Of a stretch of DNA of 64,000 nucleotides, positions 25,628 through 39,889 are shown piece by piece. The first letter of the stretch is position 1. Every line of letters starts with the position of its first letter. This DNA is from Octopus sinensis. Lineage: Eukaryota. The notes under the pieces were generated by a model. That model worked only from the letters and a program-made list of their open reading frames with translations. It was not told where the DNA came from and did not search any database. Both the position numbers and the translations under genes were made by a program. Location: NCBI RefSeq assembly GCF_006345805.1, contig NC_043001.1, forward strand, positions 96,224,001-96,288,000, read 5' to 3'.

Positions 25628-25661
<34 letters not shown>

Positions 25662-25953
25662 ATATATATATATATAATATATATATATAGATATATATAT
25701 AGACATATATATATATGATATATACATATATATGTATATATTCACGCATTTATATGGAGTATATATATATATTATATGTATATATATATTTGTATATCTT
25801 TATATATTAAATGGAATATATATATATATTACATTTATACATATATAATACACAAATATGTATATATATATATTAATATATATATAATGCGTAAATTACA
25901 TAATATATATATAGTATAGGTATATGTATACGTATACATATATGTATATATAG

Positions 25954-26024
<71 letters not shown>

Positions 26025-26229
26025 TATATATAAAAAGAAGGAAAAAAATGAAAGAAGCCTGAACATATTAAAAGCACATTTCTGAATCTGAATCTCAGAT
26101 GGATTAAAAAAAGAACAGAAAAAAATCAGACAGATGGAAAGAGAAAAATTGCACATGGAAAGAAAAGACATTTAGAATAAATTGGTAAAAGAAATTGTAA
26201 TATGTGACATTTGAATGCAAGGTACCACA

Positions 26230-26260
<31 letters not shown>

Positions 26261-26289
26261 TACATACATACATACATACACACACACAC

Positions 26290-26334
<45 letters not shown>

Positions 26335-27059
26335 ATATATTAATATATATATATATGTCAAACATATCTATAGATATACCAATACGTATATTATAAATCT
26401 TATGGCGGTGTTTTTTTTTTCGTTTCGTTTTTACCAGTATTATTATACACTGGAGCAATATATTTTTATCTGTTAAATATGCATAAAAAAGAAGAAAATA
26501 TACTCACACAGAGCCATACACATGCGCATGCTCATACATCCGCACATGCGCGCACACATAATAACGATAAAGGAAAAAAATACCAACCCATAAATGAAAG
26601 GGAAAACAACGTCTGCCTCCTTACACAAGTAACCGAGGGAGGTAGCTTTTTATGTATGTAGTATGTATTCGGTTGTACATATGTATAATATATATATTAT
26701 ATATATATATATATTATATATATATAATATATTATATATATATGTATATATAATATATATTACATGTATATATATTTATGTATATATACATGTAAATATA
26801 TATATATGTATATGTATATGTGTATTGTATATGTATGTGTATATGTATATATATATATATATATTATATATATAAGAATATATTATATATATATATATAT
26901 ATATCTATAATGGTATATATATATACACAGATACATACATATATGTATATATATAAGTATATGTATCTGAATGTATGAATATATGTATATATATGTGAAC
27001 GTCTTTCTGTCTAAGAAATATGTTTATACATACATATGCTCAAATATACTTATATATAA

Positions 27060-27216
<157 letters not shown>

Positions 27217-28009
27217 CACACACACTCACACATACATACGTATATAAATCTTACATCATATAAGATTTTTGGAGTGGGTGGATGGATGCAATAAATAAAT
27301 ATATAATAATATAAAATAAGCCACATTAATCAGGGTCAGGTGAAAATGGAAGCTGCGAGTGGTATCAGAGAAATGGTTTCTTCCATCACCGAAAGAAATA
27401 TCGAGAAAAAAAATTGAAGCAAAAACACGAACAAAACAAACATTTTACGAAGTTTTTTTTTCCTCTCACCATATCTGAAAGCGCTGAAGTTGAAAATGTT
27501 TAATATTGTTTGTGAAAATGACAAAAGCTTTCGAGACACGTGTATTTCTTCTCAAGAGAAATATATCACAAAATAATATATATAAAATAAAGTAGACAAT
27601 ATCGTTGCTCGTAGACTATTTTGCAACGGAGATTAAATCTTTGGTATTCGGAATACTGCTTAGCTCAAGTGTGTATGCATTTTCACACGAACCATCGAGA
27701 GAGCTAGAAGATGGAAGAGAGAGCTGCTTAGTCTCTCTTGAAAACACAACTTACGTTCTTATAAAAATATGACTCTCTAGATAATGTTGTCCTAGATATA
27801 CAGTAACTGAAGAAATAAAATTCGTGATAGTTACGACTGGAATATTTTTGATAACTCATATAGACAATCTGAGCTAGTCCAGAATTATACAACAACAGAG
27901 CACCACATACCCTCCCCCTTCTAAGCTGCAAAAGTCGCAAAGTCTGAAACCGGTACTAAGATGTTCTTCATGATAAAATTATTTCAGCATTTTCTAATGG
28001 TCTTATTTT

Positions 28010-28084
<75 letters not shown>

Positions 28085-28467
28085 ATAATATAATAATATA
28101 TAATATATACTATATATAATAATATATATATATATATATAATATATTATAATATATTTTATAATTATATATATATACATGATTTGTGAGATAATCAGACT
28201 ATATTTGGTTTATGTTGAGGGAGAAATCTCTCATCCATTATTCAAATCTGTCTCATGGGATGTTGGTGTTCGTCTCTATGGTAAAATGTATAGAAAACAA
28301 AAGATGAAGATAGGTGAAGGAACAACAAGCAGGGGTATTAGTTTGACGCTCGGTAAGAATGGAAAAGTCTTTGACGGTTTCGAGCCTACGCTCTGCGACT
28401 GAAACGGATAAAAACAAATGGAGAGAGAATAAATGTTTCGGTATTAACGGTTCCTTATATGTTTTAT

Positions 28468-28516
<49 letters not shown>

Positions 28517-29724
28517 TATATATATATATATATATATATATTCATACATGCATACTAGCTGACGTACCTGGTAATTCTCAGTAAAGCGGGGCTTATCTCT
28601 TGCTTCTGTTCTCATAATTGTTTCGCTAATCCCAAAACAACAATACAAAGTATGTAGCCCTTAAAACGGTTTTTGTGAATTTATTGAGAATACCGGACTA
28701 TTTTTTTTTGTTTTTAGGAATTCTCAATAAGTTGTGAATACCCAAATTGAGAAATCAGTTATGTAATAACCGAAATTAATTACCCAATAATAAGAATTTA
28801 AATAAAGTTACGTAATAAGAGGCTGATCAGATATAGGATATTAACAATTCAAAGTAAATAGCTCTGAAAAGGGCTTTTGTGCGTTCGCAGAGAATATTAC
28901 TCTCAGTGGCGCTAGTGCCGGTATATTCGTGAATAAGTCACTAACCGAAATAAGTGAATCTATTGTTTAGGAAAATACTATTTACTTGTTTAAGCGTTGT
29001 ACTGGACAAATTGCGAAAATATCTGAAACAGTTCAAATACTAAGAAATACGAATACTCAATTTGATTTATACCAAATAATTTACGAACATGAATGGATTA
29101 TTTCCCTTGGCTATATATAAAGATCCCTTTGAAGAGCGAATGAGTTATTTCCTTGGCAATTTAAAAATAATATATTAGTTATATGTAGTAGATATAAGAA
29201 TCCCTTCCAGGGGCCCTATTATCGATTTTTTCAACAATCTAAGTATGTCTCTAGTTTTCCAGACATGAATTCTACTCACATGTCAAGTTTCATCAAAATC
29301 GATAAAACGATGTAGGACGAGTTAGATAACAATTCCACATGCAAACAGACCCACAGATTTTCACATATATAGTAGATATATGTGTATGTATATGTATGCA
29401 TGTGTATATATATATGTACATATATAATATATATGTATATACGTACATATATATGTATACATACATATACCATTATGTATGTATGTATTTATATACATCT
29501 ACATAGATGTATATATATGTGTTTATAAATATATATGCATTTATATATATATATATATATATATCTATAATATATATATATATATATTATATACATATAT
29601 ACATATATATGTATATATATCACATATATACATACATATACTCATATATGTATATATTATATATATTCACATAGATGCCTATATATATATGTGTTTATAA
29701 ATATATATGCACACACACACACAC

Positions 29725-29757
<33 letters not shown>

Positions 29758-30332
29758 TAGAAGCAATTGATACGGAAGATAGAGTATACTGGAAACTATA
29801 TTTACCACAACGACACATCCTGCCTCACTCCCTCGTGGGTCTGGAACTAGGCATTGAACTTCAATGCACCCTCTACTGCAGAAGCCTCTCTTTATATGCT
29901 ATAACTCGGTTCCTCATTACGTAAGTAACGTTACATAAGTAAGTAGACTATGTTGATAGTAGTCGTATCTAAAATATATTGAGAGGGAATATATTACCTT
30001 AAACATATATTGCATTAAATATCATGTTTGTGATCTCCGTTATGTAGCCAAAATAAGCCGAAAGTTAGCTGATTATTTGTGAGACTATCTGCACGACAAA
30101 AGAGGACGCAATTACAGAGAGAATCTCAAACCTGTTGCACACCATTTCAAACCCGACTGATAATTTCAATCATCGTTTTCGTTTTCCCATCTGTGGTCTT
30201 CTTCAGTACAATCGCATTGATGCCACATAATTGCATCCGATGGAATCTACATATATACTCTTGACCTAGCCTTTATTTACACAATATAAACCTTCTAAAT
30301 ACTCACTCATACATCTAAAAATAAATAAATTT

Positions 30333-30784
30333 GCCCTTTTAAAGCCTAGCCAGGCTCATGGGCCCGGTTTCCCGGCTTCAATGGCGTATGTGTTCCCCAC
30401 CTGGACGAGCTGAGTGGCTTGGAGCAACGTGAAATGAAGTGTTTTGCTCAAGAACACAACGCGTCACCCGGTCCAGGAATCGAAACCACAATCTTACAGT
30501 TATGATGCTGATACCCTAACCACTAAGCCACGCGCCTCCACTTTCTCGAGCCATGCCAGGCTCATAAGGGCCGGTTTCCCGGTTTCAGTGGCGTAGAAAT
30601 TCCCCACCTGGACGGGACGCCGGTCCGCCGCAGGATTACTCATTTTTGCCAGCTGAGTGGACTGGAGCAAAGTGAAATGAAGTGTTTTGCTCAAGAACAC
30701 AACGCATCGCCCGGTCCAGGAATCGAAACCACAACCTTACGATCATGAGTTCAACACCCTAACCACTAGGCTACGCGCCTCCAC
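30333..30784 (-). mobile_element. SINE family C head-to-tail dimer
   Basis: Two units each start gtggaggcgcgt(a/g)gc(c/t)tagtggttagggt with B box ggtttcgattcc; they abut at 30541/30542 with no spacer. Confidence 0.88.
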
Positions 30785-30802
30785 ACCCATACATATATCC
30801 TT

Positions 30803-30950
30803 TCGATTATAAGCACAAGGTTTGAAATTTTCGGGGAGAGGGTAAGTCGATTACATCGACCCCAGTGCGTAACTGGTACATATTTAAACGACACCGAAAG
30901 GATGAACGGCAAAGCAGACCTCGGCAGAATTTGAACTGACCTCGGCGGAA
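30803..30950 (-). mobile_element. SINE family D, 5'-truncated
   Basis: gcacaaggtttgaaatttt...cgaccccagtgcgtaactggtac...ctcggcagaatttgaact. Confidence 0.8.
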
Positions 30951-31344
30951 TATATATGCCACTGTGTTCACGCAAACTCGTCATCTTGTCATCCACTCTT
31001 TCCTTTCTTCTTCTCACACATTTGCATATATACATTGACGTATTATCTCCTTCACACTTCTTCCACACATCTATACTACCACTCACCGATTGTCACTGCA
31101 TTCCACTCCATGTTCTATTTAGCTTTGCGCATGCTCAATAGTCATTCAACGCCGTCGCCGTTACCAACAATGCTGGTACAATAACACTTGTACAACTTTT
31201 CTCTTTCACTTTTTTTCTTCCATTTTCTATCCTGATAAAGGGCTTCTTGTTTAAAATGTTGAACGTTGGTGCATCTTTTCCCCTACAGCGCAATACACTA
31301 ATTCCTTTGCTTTTGTTTGTGCTTTTTTTTTATTATACGCATAA

Positions 31345-32350
31345 GCACACACATACATGTACACACACACACATACATGTACACACACACACATACACAC
31401 ACGCACATACACACACACGCACACACAGACGTACATACACACATAGTCACACACACACAGACTCACCCACACACAAACAGACACGCACACACATACATAC
31501 ACGCACACATACGTACGCACGTTCATACTCACAAATACACACGCACACGTACACACACACGCAAACACACACGCACACAAACACACACACAGAGACATAT
31601 ACGCACACACACACACACGCACATACACATACACGCACACACACATGTATATAGACACACATACTCACACACAGCCTCACATACACACAAAAACATTGAC
31701 CCGCACACACATACTCACAAATACACACGTATACGTACATACACATACAAACACACACGTACACAAACACAAACACACACACGTACATACACATACATAC
31801 TCACACACATATACTCGCATACATATACACACATAGACACACGCACACATACGCACGCACATTCATACTCGCAAATACACACGTACACATACGCACACAC
31901 ACACAGACTGACACAAACATGCATGCACACAAACGCACACACACACGCACGCACATACGCATACACACACTCGCACATGCGCACACGCACACACACACAC
32001 ACGTACATACACACACACATACTCACACACATACGCAAACAAACATAGACACGCACACACACACGTACATACACACAATACTCACACACATACAGATATA
32101 CGCACGCAAACATAGACACGCACACACACACACATACGCACGCACACATGCGCACGCACACATACGCACGCACACATGCGCACGCACACATACGCACGCA
32201 CACATGCGCACGCACACATACGCATGCACACATACGCACGCACACATAAGCACGCACATTCATACTCACAAACACGCACACTCACACACACAGACTGACA
32301 CAAACACACACGTACACAAACACACATACGCACGTACATACACGCAAACA
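31345..32350. repeat. CA-derived cryptic satellite with higher-order repeats
   Basis: About 1 kb of (CA)-like sequence; ttcatactc(a/g)caaa recurs near 31523, 31862 and 32259; acgcacaca-based units at 32130-32230. Confidence 0.85.
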
Positions 32351-32632
32351 GAGAACTAGATGTTGTCATTTTGCCTGGGGTCAGACCTGGTTGTTCAAAT
32401 ATGCACCAAGTCTTGTGTATGCCTTTTCTGTCTTTTCTCGTTTTTTTTCAGGTGTAACGTTATTATTGCATTATCTAATTTACAATTTCATTTTTTGTTC
32501 AAGACAAAAGGTAGCTTCAAGGGAAAATTTGGCTGCTATTTCTAGCAAGTCAATCTACAACGCATAGGTTTCCCTCTTGCATCGAAACACACATACACTC
32601 ACATACACACGGCCACGGATGCTCACATATAC

Positions 32633-32869
32633 ACTTTTACTCTTTTACTTGTTTCAATCATTTGACTGCGGCCATGCTGGAGCATCGCCTTTAAGTCGAG
32701 GAAATCGACCCCAGAACTTATTCTTTGTAAGCCTAGTACTTAGCCTATCGGTATCCTTTGCCGAACCGCTAAGTTACGAGGACGTAAACACACCAGCATC
32801 GGTTGTCAAGCGATGTTGGGAGGACAAGCACAGACACACAAACATACACACACACACAGACACACACGC

Positions 32870-32908
<39 letters not shown>

Positions 32909-33058
32909 CGATGGGCTTCTTTCAGTTTCCGTCAACCAAATCCACTCACAAGGCTTTGGTCGGCCCGAGGCTATAGTAGAAGACAGTTGCCCAAGGTGCC
33001 ACGCAGTGGGACTGAACCCAGAACCATATGGTTGGCAAGAAAGCTACTTACTACGCAG
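32633..33058 (-). mobile_element. SINE family B, full length
   Basis: All B modules present on the minus strand. Confidence 0.9.
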
Positions 33059-33204
33059 AACCATAAGTATTTAGAACGTTACTAACACCTGTTACGTGAC
33101 AAATGTGGGACTGCTTGATTTGCAATTTATTTTCGAGTTCAAATTTTTATTTTTATTTTTAATTTTAAAAAAATTAAAAAAAAAAAAATTTTTTTTACAT
33201 ATTT

Positions 33205-33365
33205 TGTAAGTTATATATTGAGCTCAATTTCCCTTGATGTCGACTTTGCCTTTCATCGTTTCGGTGTCGATAAAACAATAAAATAACTACCAGTTTGACA
33301 CTGGGGTCAGTGTAATCGACTTACCCCTCTTTCTACATTGGTGGTCCTGTGCCAAAAATTGAAAC
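33205..33365 (+). mobile_element. SINE family D fragment
   Basis: gagctcaatttcc...gtcgactttgcctttcatcg...cactggggtcagtgtaatcgac. Confidence 0.7.
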
Positions 33366-33470
33366 CAATATATTGGTTGTGCTCGCTAATTATAAAGGCT
33401 AATTACAATGGCTTTTATTCTCAGGTTCCCAATGTATCGTTCTTTGGCCTCAATGGAAATCTCTCTCTCC

Positions 33471-33545
<75 letters not shown>

Positions 33546-33688
33546 CACCTTTCTCTCTCTCTCCCTCCCTCTCTCTCTCTCTCTCTCTCTCAATATATAT
33601 GTATAAATATACACATACATACATCATAAAACATGGAAGGCAACACTTTGAGCAGCATTTCATGCACGATAACATTAAATAATACAAT

Positions 33689-33985
33689 AGCCCAGTGGTT
33701 AGGACAGCGGAATCGCGGTCGTAGGATCGCGGTTTCGATTCCCAAACTGGGCGTTGTGAGTGTTTATTGAGCGAAAACACCTAAAGCTCCACGAGACTCG
33801 GGCAGAGTGGTGGTGGCGATCCCTGCTGTACTCCTTTGCCACAACTTTCTCTCTTTCTTCTGTTGGTCTGCTCGCTTAGCCAGCGAGGTGGCGTCAATTG
33901 AAGGCTAAAACAATGCGAAGCGCATTGTAACCAGCGATGTGTAACAACATCTGATAGCCTGGTCTAAAAGAAAAGAAAAGAAAAG
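33689..33985 (+). mobile_element. SINE family A, tail type 2, with (AAAAG)n end and 67-bp flanking duplication
   Basis: A head and core, then ggtctgctcgcttagccagcg...gatagcctggtc; 33615-33681 and 33994-34060 match 64/67. Confidence 0.88.
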
Positions 33986-34122
33986 ATATACATATACATA
34001 CATCATAAAACATGGAAGGCAACACCTTGAGCAGCATTTCATGCCTGATAACATTAAATACAAGCCCAAAGAAGTCGCACGACTCTACTGCAACGTATCA
34101 TCAGATGAAAAGATGAGCATAT

Positions 34123-34894
34123 ATGAGCAGAAGCTATATTATGGTAGAAGCTATAACCACTCACAATAAAAAGGAATACTGGTGGAATGTCCCAGTGAAA
34201 ACCTCAATGAAATGTAAGCACAAGAGACTTGATATAATGATTCGGGATACAGAAGGGAAACTGTGCGCAGTTGCGGAAATTAACTGTCCAACGGATGTTA
34301 ACATTAAACTGAAGATCAGTAAAGACGAGAAGACCTATGCTGAACTATTGAGAAATCTGCAGTTTCTCTATCCAGATTTCAAGTTCGGGTTTATACCTGT
34401 AATTATTGGGACCCTGGGATATGTAACGCACGGTCTAAATACCAATCTTGAGAAATTAAGCTTCTTAAAACCAGAAAGGAGAGAGATGATTCGAAGATTA
34501 CAGATCCAGTCCATCATTGGAACTGTAAAAATCTGTAAAACTTCCCAGAAGTTTATCATTTAAATATATATGAACATATCCAGAGATGCAACTATATACA
34601 TTAGAATACATACATAAAACAAAACATATAAATCTTCACATATGCACACATACATACATACATACATACATACATACATACATACATACATACATACATA
34701 CATACATACATGCATGCATGCATACATACATACATACATACATACATGCATACATACATACATACATACATACATACATGCATGCATGCAAAATACCGTA
34801 CTGTTGATATTGAAATTCCAATGAAGGAACCTTGGATCGAGGTAAGAAACCGGTTCTTTCTCTATTGGGAAGAAATCTTGAAATAAAACCGAAT
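34123..34894 (+). mobile_element. R4/Dong-like non-LTR retrotransposon 3' end (restriction-like endonuclease domain plus 3' UTR)
   Basis: ORF 34123-34563 has YWWNVPVKT..KHKRLDIMIRD...EINCPTDVNI...K..TY..L...LYP...FIPVIIGTLG, matching the RLE pattern HNRPDI..D...IE..CP..N...K..KY; the UTR contains (TACA)n. Confidence 0.8.
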
Positions 34895-35354
34895 CACACA
34901 CACACACACAGATCCACCCCACCACACACACATCACGAAACACTTCAATGTAAAATGTTCAGTATAGATGAGAAGAAAAAAACGGTCACTCTGCACTGTA
35001 AGAATTTCCCTTAGCTTTAAGATTCACATTTTTCAATTGTCAAACAAAATATAGATACACAAGCACATGTAAGAGCGTTGGATTGGCAGAATAACATATG
35101 GCATATAGTTATCGGCGTTTATGTTCTGAGTCCAAATTATGACGTAGTTAAATTTACCCTTCGATCTTTTGCTGTTAAGGTAGCAATCAAGTATAGAGTC
35201 GATGTAATCGACCACCTGGCACTGCGTCATTTCCGACACATACAGAGTGAGTGAGAAGGAATTAGGCATTAAAATTTGGTAATAAAATCCATATTCCTTT
35301 TACAAATTTATTGAAACAAATGATACATGTTCTTTATTACATGGGAAAATGAAA

Positions 35355-35982
35355 GTAAATCTTCGTATTTCAACGTAAGCACGGTGGCGTCAACCTGTTC
35401 CCTCAAACGGAATGAACAACCTTCTGAAGGACGGCGTTTGGTATAACATTGAGAACCTCCTGAATCCGTGTCTCCAAGTCTTCCACTTTGCGAGGTTTTC
35501 TCTTGTACACCTCCTCTTTTGTGTAACCCCACAGGTAAAAATCACATGAAATGAGATCTGGATTTCTTGGAGTTCTGGACTTCTGGACATCTGCAATCAC
35601 AGGTTTTAGCTCCTGCACGTAATGGAGGTTTCCACAGACGAAAATTCAATTCTTTATGCAACACCATACGTTTTATGTGTCTTGTTAGTCCACTTTCACG
35701 AGCTGCTTGACGTGATGATTTTAGCGGGTTGTGATTAAACATTTCATGCACTGTTGCCACGTTCTCCTCTGATCAGGATGTGGCTGGACGGCCACTTCTA
35801 GCATCGTTCACGGAGCCCGTGGGGCTCAGCTTTGCATGACAACTTTTTATCATACCTTGACGTAATGTTGCATGCTTACCTATCTATGTGCGCCACCATC
35901 TCTGAACCATAACAATGGAATTGCACACTTCATAGCATACTGCTATCTTAGGCAGCTCCTGAAGAGTCAAACGACCGGCCAT
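35355..35982 (-). mobile_element. Internally deleted Tc1/mariner-superfamily transposase relic (DD37D/DD41D-like)
   Basis: MAGRLTLQE..., GSVNDARSGRP, SSRQAARESG and TPRNPDLISCDFYLWGYTKEEVYK (cf. WPPRSPDLTPCDFFLWG); catalytic middle deleted; stops present. Confidence 0.75.
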
Positions 35983-36205
35983 CTGGAAAATAAGAGATAA
36001 GAAATAAGGAATAACACAATAACACAATAACACAATAACACAATAAGAAAATAAGAAATCCCCATTAGTGTTGTCTTTTTAAAAATAATTTCGTCATGAC
36101 TTCAGTATCGTATATAAGAATTTTATAACCAATTTCTAATGCTGAGTTAACATATATATATATATTATATATATATATATTATATATATATTATATAATA
36201 TATAT

Positions 36206-36256
<51 letters not shown>

Positions 36257-37041
36257 ATATATATATATACATACATATACATTATATATATATATCTATA
36301 TATAATATTCTGTATGATTATATGTATGTATGTATGTATGTATGTTGTGTATGTTATGTATGTATGTATGTATATATATATATAATATATATATATTATT
36401 ATATATATATATATATGTGGGGAAAAAAGTCAAGATAGAAAATGCTAAAATAATTTTATAAAAAAAAAATTCAGTACCGGTTTCAGTCATTGAGACTTTT
36501 TCAACTGTAACATTTAAATAATGGAATTTAGAAAAAAATTAAAAGAAACATTTTTAAAAAGAATATTTGTATAATGTTCAAATACAAGTGGCATTTTCCT
36601 TGTTTCTGCCCGTCTCTGTCTCTCTTGTTTACTCTTGTGGGTTCGAGATCCTCGTGAATTCTTGGTAGGGAAGAAGAAGAAGAAAAAGAAGGAGGAGGAG
36701 AAGGGGAAGGGGAAGAATTTGGGAGTATAGATATATTCACATACAAACACATACACACATATAAGAAAAATAGAAGTTGACAACTCACTGAGAGTAGTTA
36801 GAATATTTTATATTGCTATATTGAAAGCTTGAAAGCTTTAACCGGTTTCACAGTTTACACTGATTTTCAGAAAGTTCAAATAGGAAGAAGTGGCTTATGT
36901 CGCAGCTGCCTGGCTTCTGACTAGTGTTTGAAGCTTACCCTATTTCTATAGGGAGTTTTGTTCGACTAAAGGAGCTGCTAGCATGGCCGCAGTAAAGTGA
37001 TTGAAACAAGTAAGGAATAAAAGAAAATGTATATAATATAT

Positions 37042-37094
<53 letters not shown>

Positions 37095-37140
37095 TTGATT
37101 TGATTTTTTTTTGATTTTTAGTTTCAGCTCATGAGTGTGG

Positions 37141-37201
<61 letters not shown>

Positions 37202-37945
37202 AATATATGCGAGCGTGTGTGTGCATGTGTGCGCGTGTTCATACATTAATGACGCACTGGAATGACATGTATTCTTGACCGGGATGGGGATAATTTTAAT
37301 AGCACGTATATGTTAAATTTCTGGAACCCAAGGTTTCATGCGGAATGAAATCATTATTTAACTAGAATTGAAATCACAATTGATACTCCACCATCTTTTA
37401 ATTCAGATTAACATAAGCTCTATTAAAAAGTACACACACACTCACACGCACACACACACACACACACACAACACACACACACACACACACACACACACTG
37501 ACGTACACATACTCACGCACTCACACATACTGACGCACACACACATATACACACATGTTCATATTTCATAACGGCTCTTTTTCGTATTTGCATGGTCTTC
37601 TCCTCTTCCCGTACCCCTGTCTAGTATTCTTTTTACATACATTACGTTGAAACATTAATAAATAATAAAGAACTAAAGAATAAAATATGACGCCATTTAA
37701 AAATATTTTTTTTTATTAAATAAATAATAAAAAAGAAAAAAAAAGAATACAAATACTAAAACAAACAGAACAACCAGAAGACAACGACATTTTTAGCCAA
37801 TATAATTATTGTGTCAGCACTGTGTTTTTTATGACATCCATTCGTGTAATTTATTCTCGGTGTCTGTCTCGCTATTATTTATTTGTCTATTCGATCGCGT
37901 AGACAGAAGTGTATTTATGCCTGCGTTTGGCAAGTCTTTACAAAG

Positions 37946-38195
37946 CATGGTTGCGTGGTCAGTTCCATCGTAGGACATGAGCACCATTGACATATTGAGC
38001 AAAAGCACCTAAAGCTCCACGAGGCTCCGGCAGCGGGTGGTGGCGACCCCTGTTGTACTCTTTCGCCCCACCTTTCTCTCACTCTTTCTTCATGTTTCTT
38101 GTCCCCGACTTCCTACGCAACCGCTGAGCCTGTATACGCATTCATCCATCCGTCGATGCTCTCGGTGTCGGGGGTTGACCTGCTTTCTCTCACTC
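37946..38195 (+). mobile_element. SINE family A, tail type 3, decayed head
   Basis: ttgagcaaaagcacctaaagctccacgagg core plus cttgtccccgacttcctacgcaaccgctgagcc tail, as at 59513. Confidence 0.8.
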
Positions 38196-38528
38196 TTACT
38201 TCCTGGGTAAGAGTGAGTTGCTGCTTTCGACTAACTCCCTTCCCTTAAAATTGCTGGCGTTGTGCTTGAAGTCAAAACCAATTATTATTGCTCTTGTTCT
38301 CCATGGACGCATGCGTTTACAAATTTTGTTAGAATGTTTTTTTCTCCATGGATTAACTGATGAAAAACGCTTTAGTTTTACAATTTTCATTCTGGACTTT
38401 TGAGATGAGGGAATTTTGGAATATTCAACTTCCACCCCATTTTTGTCTACATGAAAAAGCCTTGTCTTAGCTGTTTTCTTTGACTCTGTAGAGTTCGAAC
38501 ATGCGCTCATTTGTGTCTCTATTTGCAT
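38196..38528 (-). CDS. Unassigned 110-aa basic ORF in non-repetitive DNA (possible exon or TE relic)
   Basis: The only ORF over 100 aa not explained by a repeat or recognised TE; no motif recognised; splice signals weak. Confidence 0.15.
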   Translation of the reverse strand: MQIETQMSACSNSTESKKTAKTRLFHVDKNGVEVEYSKIPSSQKSRMKIVKLKRFSSVNPWRKKHSNKICKRMRPWRTRAIIIGFDFKHNASNFKGRELVESSNSLLPRK

Positions 38529-39292
38529 TATAAAAAGTATATCAATAGGAATAGGGAGAGGTATATGCCACTATGGTAGTAGCAACAGCGGAAAGAAAAA
38601 TAACACTCCTTCCCCCCCAAATTTCAGGTATGAAAACAGAAACAACAACAGCAGCAGCAGCAACAACCACAATAACAGACTTTGAAAATTAAATAAACTA
38701 GCAAGCACAAACATAGACAACCCTATTTGATTATGCTGAGAAGACTCTTAAGATGGCCACCGCTCGAAGAGTAAAATATGTTATATTTTAATTTTCTTTT
38801 CTTAGTCACTTTTCTATGTTGATACTGTCTGTCTTTTGTAACAATATAATGTTTATTTAATCCCACATTGTCTTTTGTTGTGAGTATACAGGCAAATTGG
38901 AAATTGTTTCACTGGGTAATAGAATTGGGTATGATAATAAGATTTATTATTTCTTTTTGTACATTGCTAATAACGAGCCTTAATCGATGTTGGTGTTTAA
39001 AAGAGCGTCTCTTAAACGTATGGCTATAGTTTATGGGAGTTATTTCAGCTTGTAAGTACTTTAGCAAACTGTTGATACAAAACTATCGGCTTCTTTCACA
39101 ATTGCAATGGAATATTGCAGATTTCCAGTGGCAGAGGCCAGATTTTCTGTCACTAAAAAATATGGTGGCGCTAACTGATAATGACTAGAATATTTACATA
39201 GTTATTGTTTTGTTATTTGTAAGAATAATATTATTATCGCTATCAATACTATTATTATTGCTGTCATACTATTATTATTGCTATTATTAAAG

Positions 39293-39465
39293 AAGCGAGT
39301 TGGAAGAAGCGTTTGGGTGTCAGAAAAATGGCGGTATTTCTTCTCACTCAACGTTCTGTGGTCTACTTTGCTTTTCATTCTTTCGAGGTCGATGAAATGA
39401 GTAGCTGTTTCGCACTGGGTCCATGTAATCGACCCCCTACAATTTTAGCCTTGTGCTTATTGTAG
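39293..39465 (+). mobile_element. SINE family D, diverged
   Basis: gcgagttgg...gcttttcattctttcgaggtcgatgaaatgagtagc...ttagccttgtgc. Confidence 0.65.
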
Positions 39466-39889
39466 AAAGAATTATTATTATTATTATTTGCCTTGATCAT
39501 CATGTGATTTTCTCAATTTTCTCCGTAAATTCCAAACCTTTCCTGTTGTTTCTCTCTAGGGACTTATATAATTTTCTTGTCAAGTATGTGGAGAAACTGT
39601 CACACGTTACTGATGTACAGTTTTTCTTTTGAGGATGGTTTCTCTGCTTAACCGATTAGAAGATGCACAGGAAGAGGTATCACAAGTTACATGCTAGCAA
39701 CAAAAATAATTATCGGCCATGTCTTCGGCTTGGAGCACGAAAGATGTATTTATTGTTATAGGGTGCATGCACTGAAACGCGAGTGCACGAAAGTTTGACG
39801 GATCTGAATGATAGAATTGCGGCGTGGCACTAAAACCACAATTCTTGTAACGAACTACAACGTATGCATTCTATCAGATTACATGTATT

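Noticed and set aside
25335-25660. ~170-bp tandem duplication (also ~135-bp at 50321-50590)
   Set aside because: The 25.3-kb copies differ mostly by small indels in extremely AT-rich sequence, as in noisy long-read consensus; biology cannot be separated from assembly error without reads
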